A DNA stretch of 64,000 nt from positions 5,575,709 to 5,639,708 of the forward strand of contig CAJINV010000002.1 in assembly GCA_905178155.1 (NCBI GenBank), in the 5' to 3' direction. The translations under genes were made by a program, and so were the position numbers. The stretch's first letter is position 1; every line of letters starts with the position of its first letter. The stretch is from Amoebophrya sp. A120. Taxonomy: Eukaryota; Protista; Dinoflagellata. Under the pieces are notes generated by a model. The model did no database searches and had not been told where the DNA came from. It saw only the letters and a program-made list of their open reading frames with translations. Shown one piece after another: positions 33,701 to 45,300 of this stretch.

Positions 33701-35862
33701 GAGTGCGAACTTCTGATGTGCCGTCGTGACGGTGGTCACACAAAAATAAAGATCACACACAATCCGTCATGGTAGGTCCAGCATCCAGGCCCCATGGGGA
33801 ATGTAAGTAAAACCGGAATGACAAAGCTAACAATTTTCCAGGCCCAGACACATTCGCAATGCATACCCCGTCTTCGGCCGCTCGGTGTCCGATCCGGACA
33901 GCATGCGACTCGCCGCGGATTATCACGTGGGAAAACGTCGTGCCCAACCCAGAGGCAAGATGACGACCAAAACATCTTGGCTGTTGCGCATTACAGGTTT
34001 GGGTCTCCAGTGTAGTCGTGGCTGGCTGGAAGAGCCACGTCACAAATCAAGCTGTCCCTATCCTTCCAGACAGCATGAGAAAATCAATGCTCCTCATGGG
34101 ACCACTGCGCATGACACACAAGAGTCTGGGCATGCGAATACACAGACATGACAAGAACTCTGGTGGGATGGAAATGTTTTTACTCAAGATAGTGAAACCG
34201 GGCGCGTCATGCCGGTGCCCGGGCGGGAGGAAGAGCCGCTGGTGGTTGTATCAAAAGGAAAAATCCCCCCTCCCCATATCGAAAACGAAATTTGTGATGC
34301 TGCATCTGAGTGCACAAATCTGGTTTGTATTGCAGAGAGGCACTGCGGCCAGATCCCCAGGCTAGGTAGGGGCGTATGGGTCTAGTTGTTCAGCACGGCA
34401 AGCGGCCCACTTTTAGGCCAAACAGCATGACAAATCGCTTCCATAATGGGGCGGAAGCTTCTGCCCTTGTCTTCTTGCAAGACAAATGCGATTTGCGACC
34501 TCAAATCAGCAACACAAATTTTCGGAAACATACCTTCTCGATATGGGGAGGGGGGATTTTTCATTCTGATAGGTTGGGAACAGAGACTCCAACACTTCGG
34601 GCAGAAACATCTGTTGAAAAAAGAACACGCGGTGGGGAAGATGAGAGGATCGCAATGAAATTTGCGAGCCACGCAGCTCCATGCTCTACTTGTGGGTACG
34701 CACGACAGGGGGACAAGCTTCCTGCTTACGCTGCTTGGCATAGGCATTCGCATTGCATGCCAAGTCGAAAATCAGGCCAAAAGAAGAAGGGAGAATGAAA
34801 ATGCAAATTTACAATGAATCAATACCGGTCCTAAATCCAGCAGCTCCGTGCGGCTACTTTGGAACAACGCACCACAGAAACACTCCAGCTCGAAAACAGT
34901 TGGCGTGAACATGCCGCCCGTGCTGCTGCCGTTGCTTCCCGTCCCAGAGCCCGGATTGCTCGCCGACTTTACACCACTCCCCTCGGATCCGGCTTTATAA
35001 CAGTGCACAAGGCCTGCCACGACCCCATGTCGTTTGTCACGCGAAAGAGCAATTCAGACTTACTTCGGAAGAAGCAAGTTCCCTGTTTGTTGAAACGCGC
35101 TGCATGAAAAAATATGCTGTAGCAAACTTACGACCGTACGAAAGTCTGACTTCTCCCATGGAGGTGACCTCTGTCATCCAAAAACATGCACCCCACAGTT
35201 TCTGTTGCTGTTCATGAGAGGGGGCGAAACTGGTTGTGTGCACCCTCGTAGTTCTCGGCGGCGGGCGGTGGCGGTATTCGCACGTCTAACCCGAAACTGT
35301 GGACGCGAACCTAAGGAGCGATTTTTGCGATTTCTGGGGTACTTATCATTGGGCTCTTTCTTGAAGACGAACGAGAAGAACCAACGAACTTGCAAAACCA
35401 CGAAGCACCAGTAGTGCCACGTTAGAAAAAAATCAACATAAAATTTTCCAAAACCGACACAGTATTGATGTCTACCGGCGCCCCCCGCACGTTCATGATG
35501 ACTTCCAGCACCCTTCTTGGATTTGTCGCGTCGGGTGTTTTCACAACCCGGATCTTACCGAATTGCGGGCCGCCGAGCGGCTTCTGCCGCGACGAGGAGG
35601 AGGAAGAGGACGAGCCAGAACCTGATGCGCTGGAGCTAGAGCTCGCACCCTTACCATTTCCACCTTCAAATTCGCTGGCTGGTGCCGCCGGTGTATCCGC
35701 CAATTTTTCGCTGAGCCGCAGCACTAAATCGCCAAACGGGTCGGGAGACAACGCGGTCGTGGTTTCGTTCATAGCGTCCGCCAGCGCCGTGTCGAGCTTG
35801 CACGTGTCCAAGTACTGCGTCACCGGTGCCGGAAGCACCACGCGCTGGAACATCTCCGGCAT
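30710..35862 (-). CDS. Enolase-like (ENO4-type, probably non-catalytic) protein with N-terminal RIIa/Dpy-30-like helix; spliced
   Basis: QYLDTCKLDTALADAMNETTTALSPDPFGDL (RIIa-like); SKSIEDGFAVVRQAAE; C-terminal DCAVLYLAGSGISSENALEKRFQFLME is weakly enolase-like. Confidence 0.45.
30945..31206. mobile_element. IE family A, degenerate (262 bp)
   Basis: DR AATCC/AATCA. Confidence 0.78.
31287..31494. mobile_element. IE family E (208 bp)
   Basis: TATGCAAGAAAAAACTGTG...GCAGTTTTTTTCTGGGATA; DR CTGTG/CCGTG. Confidence 0.87.
32720..32982. mobile_element. IE family A (263 bp)
   Basis: DR CTCGG/CTCAG. Confidence 0.9.
33105..33278. mobile_element. IE family G (174 bp)
   Basis: TATCCCAGAGAAAAAAGC...GCTTTTTTCTCTGTGATA; DR CACCG. 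Confidence 0.9.
33313..33565. mobile_element. IE family A (253 bp)
   Basis: DR ACGCC. Confidence 0.92.
33665..33865. mobile_element. Short A-like IE (201 bp)
   Basis: TATGCATTCC...GCAATGCATA; DR CCCCG. Confidence 0.85.
33921..34191. mobile_element. Degenerate IE family C
   Basis: TATCACGTGGGAAAACG...TGTTTTTACTCAAGATA; DR decayed. Confidence 0.72.
34249..34571. mobile_element. IE family B (323 bp)
   Basis: DR GGTTG. Confidence 0.92.
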
Positions 35863-36348
35863 GGTGCTGGGCGCCGGTCGTTTTGGTGATTGCTTTCGGA
35901 ATCGCAAGGACTTGTGCTCTAATGTAGTTCTTTCAGAATTTTTACAGATTGTCTCGCACTCTCGAAAAAACTTAGTAAGTACTTACGTACGACCTCCCTC
36001 TCCCTCTTGTTTGCCACCTCTGCTCTGCTCCTACACTGAAATGCCTTGCGCTCGTGTCTACTCTAATTCTGACGCATTTCCTATAAAAAAATACCAGTGC
36101 TTGCATCTTCTGCTCCCGTCGCTCTCCTGCACCGGTGGGGCGTGCTTTCAGAATACACCAGCACAATCCCAAAACTCCTGCGCAAATTACTTGTAGATAC
36201 GGATGAACTAGACACACTGCACCTCGCAATCGCAGCTTGCACGTCTCGGCTGCATCATGTGACGCAATGATATTTCATCCCGGCAAGAACTACTGATCGT
36301 AGTCTTTTGTTTATTCCCTTCGTACCCTAGTCAAGCTGTTCAAGACCT

Positions 36349-39300
36349 CTATTCCTGTGTTCTCATAGTTCCGGGATGGTCTTCGTCTGAGGAATCTGAC
36401 GAAACCTCCCATTCCACGCCTCTGAATTCTTGGAAACAAGCTTCTTGCGCAGCAGTTCCTTCCTTTGCCATTGCCAGATCATCTGCTTCAGAAATCATAT
36501 TACCTGGTGACATTGACGTTGACCCATTCAACATCATCGGCGCTGCACTGTAATTCACATGACCACTACCTCCATCCCCAACTGCCGGCCGTACCTGATT
36601 GCTACCCCGAGAACTATAGGTTCTCCGGCGGCTCTCTTGCAGCAGTGCATTCGGGTTGAAAGTACCCTGCCCGCCGTGAATTTCGCTGGTTGAGGAAGAG
36701 GAAGAAGAGTTAGATTCAACGGAAAAGTTGTTGTAGAAGTTCGTGTAATTTTCATCCAGATCGTGGTCTTGTTCGAGAATGTTGCTGGATAAAAGACCGC
36801 CATCATCTTCACCGTTTGCACCAGTACAAAGACCCCCTTTTACGATGTTTTGCTCACCAGGCGCAGCAAACCCGACTCCGACAAAATCCGCATTATAATC
36901 TGCTGCAGCTGCATAATTCGTTCTTGGAACTACATCAGCAGTAGAGTCCTGGCCACCTCCACGACCCCTACTACAAGAACTCACCACAGGATGAAAACCT
37001 CCTCGATCCAAATTTTCATCTCCCACTGCGGTCAGGTACGAAAGAACTTCGGTGTGCAAATCCCTCGCTTTCGGAAACACCACCGGCGGACCGAACGAGG
37101 ACGAGGATGGCTGATCGCCAGCGGTGGCGGCGTACAACTGGGTCCTCCTTGTTTCAACACCGGAAGCTGCAAGGTCTTTATGCTTCAGAACCTCCGCGGC
37201 AGCTTTTTCTACGCCGAGCCTCGTATCCATGGGGGAGATGGACGAAGAGTAATTTTCTACTTCTTCTGAGCAGGAGCCGAAGGAGCCTTCACCTTCTTCT
37301 AGATCTAGAACCTGCTCAAGAACATCCTCATGTCCTCCGTCGCTGCTGCTCGAGGAGGCGTAATGTTCCGGATAAAACAGCACGGGATTGTTGTTTTTGC
37401 TGTTGTTGTTTGTTTCCCGACCTGAATCAAGATGATCTCCCCCTTGATGTTCCTCCTGCTCCTCGCTGGAAGAGGTCGCTGGCCGGACTCCCGCTTGCTG
37501 CTGATCATTATTTTGCTTCTTGTTCATCCCTAATCCAACTGTCTGCTCAACATCATCGAGTTCGTACGTTCGCTCCTCTTCCTCTTCTTGCCTGCTGTTC
37601 GTTGCACTATTCCGCAACAAATGCTCCACGTCGACGTGCGCACCCTCCTCGTCATCCCCGAGCAACGGCGTACTACTAGCTGCACCGTAATTTATTGGCA
37701 TCAGCAGCTGGTTGCGGCTTGCGCTGTTCCGTGACCTTCGGGAGACGCGCTTGACCACGGTGCTATTGTTTGCAGTTGTGGAGTAGTTGTTCAATGCAGC
37801 CACCGGAGCTTGTAGTTCTTCCGGGGCGGGTCCTCGTAGTTCTCTTTGCTGTTTTCTCTTCTCAAATTCGTCCACCACAGTCGACTTGATCTTCTCACTC
37901 ATCCTTTCCATCTCGGCCGCGAGATTCGCCTCGACATTTTCTTCATCGTCGTAGTCGTATTCGTAAAATTTTTGATCTTTCGGATCTTCTTCTATCGTAA
38001 CCTTCCTCGCCTGCGAAGACTTCTCACTACCTGTTGCAGCCGCTGCTGCTCCTGCTTCCGCGGCTTTATTCGTGTTACTCTCCACCTGCTTTTTGTCACC
38101 ATCCTGATCAACATCATCCGCACTGCTCGTGCCGCGATTTGCCCCTCGTACTAGTTCCTCACCGCGAATAAACAGTTTCCCGCTCAGCAAGTATCGGACG
38201 GCCCGTCGGACCAGTCTGCCAAAAGCGTAATTCGACACCACCTCGATCGCCACGACGGCGAAGCAGCACCAGAGACACACGACCACTAAATACATCCCCA
38301 GCCAATGGTACTGCCGCGGCAAGTATCAAATGCAGAAATGTCTGGGTCTGAAACATTCTAAACTTGTGACGCCGTCTCTAGAAAGTTGTATTGCATGGTC
38401 AGCAAGAGGGCTCCAGTTTGTGCTACGCGGAGAAGGCATTTCTCACGCGGTAGAGGTATCACAGAGCGCTCTAAAAATCTGTGATGCTACGGAATGCATC
38501 ACAAACGTCACGGGTCATGGAAAATATACGTGTCAAATCTAGAAATCTTCCTGACCCAGACATTTTTGCAATCCATAGCAAGTGCTTGCGCGGCGTGTGG
38601 TACATCTGGTAGTGCTCCGGCTTAAACTATCCAAGAAAAAAACTGTGTAAGTGTAAGTCTGTAATGCAGAACATGCAAGAGAGTAACACCTGTCATGCCA
38701 AACAGCCATGAAATCCTCTTCCCATGTGTGTTTTCCGTTACAAACCACGCATGACAGGTTTTCTCTGTCATGTACAGCATATTTGTGATGCTGTCAGCGA
38801 AAAAAAGTTTACACTAAACACAGTTTTTTCCTTCGATATGAACCGCAAGAACGACCGCATCAGGTAGAACCCAAAACAGTCAAACACTTCCGTTGGATCG
38901 TTCGGCGGGAGGAGGATCTGGTGCGGTACCGCGTGCCTCGCGCCGAGTGTTTCGGGATTCGTCGTTTGCAAGTCCACTATGGACACATCGGCGAGTTCAT
39001 CCGCGGAATTGATTAAGTAGTACTGAATCAAGCTCGCCAACCGGACCCACCCCCGGCCAAACGAGACCGCCACCACCAGGACCTTTGCAAGTCGGACGAA
39101 CCTATGAAATGCAAAAGTGTCTGGGTCTAGAACATTCTAAACTTGTAATGCTGTCTCTGGATTTTGAAAAAAAATGTATTGCATGACCAGCAAGGGGACT
39201 CCGGTTTGTGCTACGCGGAGAGGGTATTTCTCATGCAGTAGAGGTATCACAAAGCGCTCTAAAAACCTGTGATGCTACAGTATGCATCGCAGACATCATA

Positions 39301-42300
39301 GGTCATGGAAAATATGCATGACAAATCTAAAAATCTTCCAGACCCAGACATTTTTGCATTTGATAGAACCACGGGCGCAGCTCCAGTGTGACTCTGGGGT
39401 CGTTCCGGTCCACCGCGAGTATCATCGCGGCATCCATCTCATCGTCAATCACGTGGATGGCGTCGAGACTGGAACTGTGCACGCCACCGTGCGTCTCCGT
39501 CATCGCGTGCGGGGCGGGAAAATTCCGCTGCTTGTTCGGGTTCCGCTGGTATGAATTGCAAATATGTAGTCTGGGTCTAATGCTAAAAGTGAATGATAGA
39601 CGCACTGCAATACGCAGCTATGCATGACAAATCTTTTGGCTGCCATGTGCTACGTATTCCGCATGGCAAGGTGCGTTTTTGCATGACAGGTAAGAGTGCC
39701 TTTTCGTGCCTATGCAACACAGATTCTCGAGTCATGATGCCAGACAAGCATGACAAACTTGCACTCTTCCAGACCCAGACATATTTGCAATTCATAGCTG
39801 GTACAGCCGCGAGAGGTGGTCCCTGGTTCGACGTCGCTCGTCGTTCCTAGTCGGTACGTCGTCGTCACTCGTCAGAACAGCAGTTTCCTCTCGTCGCGAC
39901 GTCGGGGATCCGTTCATCGGCAGGTCATTTTCAACATCCGAACTGTCGCTTCCACTGAGCTTGTTCTGGTTCAACATTTCTTGCCGATCGTCCTTGCCAT
40001 GGAGGTCGTCACCACGACCTTCTTGAGATGATAACTCTTGCATTTTGTCTCTCAGCATCTCCTCCTCCGTTTTCACCCGGTAGACACTTCCCGTGAACAG
40101 CAGCACCGACCCCCCGAACAGCTGGCATGCGAAGAGAAAAATGCAGCCCCACGCGGCGTAAAAAGGCTCGTCCCCGTGGGTGATCCACTTCTGCGACTTG
40201 ATGACGCAGCAGAATGAGGTGACCATCCAGAAGAACGCGAAGGTCGCGGCGAAAGCACCCAGGCAGAAGAGCCCGAAGTGGAGGATGTGCGTGTAGGCGA
40301 ACAGCGCCGCCACCAAGGGGAGGAGCACCTTGAGTAAGAACTTCATCGCCAAGTGCGCCGTCGTGGAGTAGGGTTTCACCACGTCTGCACCAGCCGAGGT
40401 CCGCGTCGCGACGCCGCCGTGCTCCAGCTGCTGCTGCGTGGCCTTCATCGTGAATTCCTCCACTTGCGAATCGGACAGGGACTCCAGCTTGCCCTGCAGT
40501 TCGTCGAACAACGGACTGCCGGACCCGCTCGCCGTGTACGTGACTTTGTTCGCCCTCGTTTGGCCGGAGGTGCCGGACTTCGGAAAAATTTGCTCCAAAA
40601 TGTTGTTGGTCACCGCCATGGCGCTCTGCCGCTGCAGCCGGAGCTCTTCCTGCTGCGTGCTCGCCAACACGGGCCACTCGAAGGGGTTGAACAGGATGAA
40701 GAGCTCGAAAATGCTGTACACGTAAAGAAAAGCGTTCAACGCGGAAATGAGCGCGAGGTGCTTGATCTTTTTCGAATCATCGTCGCGGTGTTTTTTCTTC
40801 TTCCGATCTTTTTTCCCCTTTGCTCCTTGTCCGGAACCAGCTCCTGCAGCTTTCTCCTTATTCAGCGGATAGTAGAGCATGACGATCCCGTGCAGGAAAA
40901 AAAACAGAACGTAAAAGTTGTTACAGTGAAAAGTGCCCCCCACCCCCAAAGTTGCAAAGATTATTTGTGATGCGAAGTTTCCAAATGAAAACTTTTTGTC
41001 ATGCATGAAAGGAATACGAATCTTTCTGATGCAGACTCTAGTGGTGTTTCGCATCGCTTGAATGACAAGCACCGCTCTTGCTGGTGGGATCTTTTGCAAT
41101 ATAAATTTTTGCTATTCACGATCGGAAATGATTTCCGATACATGCAAGAGGGCGAATGTTTCATTTGGAAAGGTTTGCAATACAAATGCTTTCAAGTTCG
41201 GGGATGGGGGCATTTTTCATTGTAATAAAAGTTGTCGATGGACGTGCGCTCGAAGGATTCCTGCTGCTCCGCTTCCTGGAGTGCCTGTTGCTGCACTTCT
41301 TCCACCTGTTCCTCCCGCTGCACCTTGTCGGTGAGCGCCTTGACCGCCAGCATGTTGTTGGACGTGGTTTGTTGTTCTTGGAGGGCTTTAGTACTAGGGG
41401 AACCGGTCCCAGGAGCGGCCACCATACTCGCAGCGATGCCCGGCGGGAGATTCCGCAACGTCTGCACGTGGCGCTGCTGTACCTTTTCCTCGGGAGACAG
41501 CGGCAAACCAGAAGAAGATCCTCCCGCAGCAAGCCTAGACTGTGCCGTTAGCTCCTGTTGCTGCACCGCGATCAAGTTCGTTTTCTCGAACACGTCTAAG
41601 TCAACTAAAGCGCCGGGGGAAATCCCGGAGAAGAACTCTTTTCCCATATTCGCTAAAAAGAACTTCGCGGGGCTGTCTGCAGAGTAGCCCACGCCGGGAA
41701 GGAAAACGGTGTTGGATCCGACTGGCGTGGTTGCACTAGAAGCTCCTCCCCCGCCGCTGCCACCGTTATTATGGTCGATCGCGTTTTGGAAGTTCCGCAG
41801 AGCTTGCTGCAGAATGCGCTTTCGGTACTCAACGCCCGAGTTGTCCAATCCCAACTGGTCCAATCCCAACTGCACGAAGGACGTTATTTCCTCGACATGG
41901 GTGATATCTTCGTCGGTGTTTCCAGGTGGGGTCCCTGTACTAGCCCTGCTCGTCTCCGTATTCGCAGTGGAACTCGCGCGTCCTGCTGCTGCCCGCGCGG
42001 CCGCCTTCTCGGCGCTGTCTCTTTCTTGGAAAAATTCGGCCAACACGGCCAAAATACTGCTGTCTTTGTCCGTGTCTGCGCTCGGAGATGAAACAGATGA
42101 AGTAGACGCCGGAGGGATAGAAGTACTTCTGCTTGCTACGTTTACTGCGTTGAAGGAAGACGACGCTGTAGCTACCTGTCTCGCGGCTCCAATCGATTTA
42201 CGCCGCACGGACAAGAGGCTGCGGATCATCTCCTGCACGGCCGCGTTGGTGTGCAAAGCACCCTGGTCGTGATGAGATATCAGGCTGTCCCAGTGCAGAA

Positions 42301-45300
42301 CTTGGATTCCGTATCAGAGTGCACAACTCCCCGCCTTCCTCCTCTGGACTTGATGGGCAGGAAGAAACAGCATAGAAAATAAAAACCAGCGAGGGACATG
42401 AAGCCTCCCTTCTGTTACAAGTTTTTGTACTTTGTTTGGGCTTCTAGCAGAATTTTTTGTAATTTTTTCATGCAAGAAACAGGGCCACAAGGCTCAGCAA
42501 GTGGATTTTTTGGATTTTTGGATGACAAACAAGGGTTTTTACTATGGGGACGAGTTGTGCACTCTGATATTCTGTGCAGCAGGGACATCAAGTCGTGCAC
42601 GAAGGTGACAACGCCCTGGAAATACAGCAATTCCGTTCTCAAACTGCTCTGTTGTTCGTCACCGCTCTCGAAAACTCCGACCAAATCAATCGTGGCGCCG
42701 TCCGAGGGCAAGCACACCGGGTACAGGAAGCAAGGTTCTTGCAGGTGCAGCAGTTCTTGTCCTCCATCTTCGCTAGAAGCCATTTTTGCCTCGTCGGCTG
42801 AGGTAGACGATGCTCCTCCTCTTGTTGTGAGGCTGGCAGAAGAAGTTTCTACGCGTCCAGAAATTTTGATCTCCGTAGAAGTTTCCAGCGCTTGCAGCAG
42901 ATCTATCCAACTCCATGCGAAGTACTTTGCAGTGTTGGATGTTGTACCACTATTTCCCCCGTCGTCCACAGCACGGCTCTGCGTTCCCCTTGGGTACGTA
43001 AAGACGGGAAGACTTCTACCCTGCTGCAGGAGCCCCGTTTGCTCTTCTGGGAAATTCTTGTCCGGGTGGTTCTTTCTGTTTTCATCCGAAAGTTTTGGAT
43101 CTGCCGAACCCCAACCCGTGTCTGCACGACCCCCTGTACTTGTAAAAATAGCCGGCTGCTGTACTATATCGAACGCCCTTTTCCCCGTCGCGCTGTGGGC
43201 AAACCAGAGGAAAAACAGCTCGGTGCAAAATTCCATTCTGTCCAAGGGAAAAAGTTCCATGAAACCAGCGAGATGAGAGCTAATAGCCTCCTCATCCTTT
43301 TCCGGAACGTACAGCACGATGCTCCCGGCGGGCGCCTCGTCGGTCGGGCTACCAAGTTCCAAAACCTTCCCATAAAGGATCATGCTGTGCAGAACCTTCC
43401 TGTCGTCCTCGACGGCAGCAGTATCAACCTCTACAGCATCTTGTTCTTTGTCGGCAGGAGCTACAGCTTCATTGTCGCTTCCCTCGTCGAAGAAGTACTC
43501 CACCAGAATCGCCCCGAAGTACCTCTCCTCGAGCAGAAACGGCTCCACGCCCGGAATGTTAACGGGGGTGATGGAGTGCAAGACCGCCGCTAACGGAGAA
43601 GGAGCTCCTGTCGAAGCCCCACCAGTGGCCGTCGGATCAAACTTCGGGAAGATTTTCAGTGCGCACATCGCCCGCACGACGGGTTCCATGGAAAGAACGA
43701 TGGGCGGCTTGGTTTTTGCAGGACCCGTCGTGGTCGACGATGACACCGCCTGCGATAACGACGACCCAGTCCTCCTCCTCGCGGCTTTCTGCATGTCCTG
43801 TTCCCAGTGCGCCATGCTCCGGAACACGAGCGGCGCAAGCTCTTTGTGCCACAGGTCGCTGACGTCCTGTACTACTTCTACGCGGGAACGACCCGGTGTT
43901 TTTTTTTCCTGATGTGCACCTTCTCTGGTCAGAGATGACGTCGAAGAAGAGCTCTTCAAGTCCGGAAGCACAATCAGTCTCCCGAACGCGCCAGAAGTTC
44001 CTCTAATTTTCGCACCATCAGCATCTCCTGCTTCCTATGAACTGCAAAAGTGTCTGGGTCTGAAAGGTTGCAACCTGTGATGCTGTTTTTCAATTCTAAA
44101 AAAATCCGTATTGCATGACCAGCAAGAGGAGTGCGGTTTGTGCTACGCCGGGAGGGCATTTCTCATGCGGAATAGGCAACAGGAAGCCCTCTGAAAATCT
44201 GTGATGCTAAGCCATGCATTGCAGGCATCATGGGCCATGCAATATATGCATGACAGACCTGGCAATCTTCCAGACCCAGACACTTTTGCATTTCATACTT
44301 CATCTGCGAAGGATTTTACGAACGCGAAGGCTGTTTTCACGCTTAGTTTCCCGTATCAAAAGGAAATATACCCCCTCCCCATACTGAAAAGGAATGTTTC
44401 TAAAAATTTGTGATGCTGATTTGTGGCCACAAGTCCTGTCTCTCTTGCAAGAGGGCAAACTCAGAGACTCCGCCACGATATGGAGGCGATTTGTAATGCT
44501 GCAAGGCCTATAGGGCAGACGTCTGTCATGCTAGTCCCCTAGACCAAGAGGCCCCCCCTTAGGCTTACGATCTACTGCGTGCAGTCCTTTACTGCAAGAC
44601 AAATGTGATTTGTGTACTCAAATACAGCAACAAAAATTCCGTTTTCGATATGGGGAGGGGATGTTTTTCCTTTCGATATCCCGTCCCGGGACCGCTCCTC
44701 CCGCAAGATCGCCGGAATCCCTTGCTCGATCAGCATACGCAGCTCGTGAAAAGAAGAGGAGAAGGACGGGTAGCTGAAGCCCGCGGTAGGGTTGTGAAAA
44801 CACTTGGAGGAGGACAGAAACGCGGCTTCCGGGTCCTGGTATTTCGTGTAGAAATGCACGGAGGAAGTACTAGGGTTCCGCAAGTAACCACTTTCGACGA
44901 ACTGCAGAAACGGACAACTCTTTTCATCCGAGGCGCACACGACTCGGTCCGACGCCACATCAACTTGCGAAGCAGATAATTTTTGCGCTTGCAGGTTTAT
45001 TTCTGGCCCTCCTTGATGTTGTTCTGCCGACGTCCTCGAGAGAGCCGCGGGGTGATTCGTGTCACTGGAAACCACCAAATCGTCTACATTCAGGTCGATC
45101 AGAAACAAACTCGAGGGCGCACCGTCGGGACAGCCGCAGTCACGAACAAGGATTCTAGCTTCTTGTCCTGCATAATTTTCATCGACATCTTCTCCCATCG
45201 CCAAAATCTTCGCGGCGCTGAGCGTTAAAGAGAAGGAACTACTGGCAGTTGCGGTACCTCCGGTGCTCGTCTTGTACAAGTCATTTCCCAGCGCCGGGGC

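Noticed and set aside
32720-34571. CRISPR-like repeat-spacer pattern
   Set aside because: Repeats are inverted pairs of several families, 170-320 bp long; the spacers are exons; there are no cas genes and the context is eukaryotic
42398-43912. Long plus-strand ORFs opposite the large genes (also 516-1211, 17208-17987, 35465-36196)
   Set aside because: Antisense shadows of GC-rich minus-strand coding exons with no recognisable protein features
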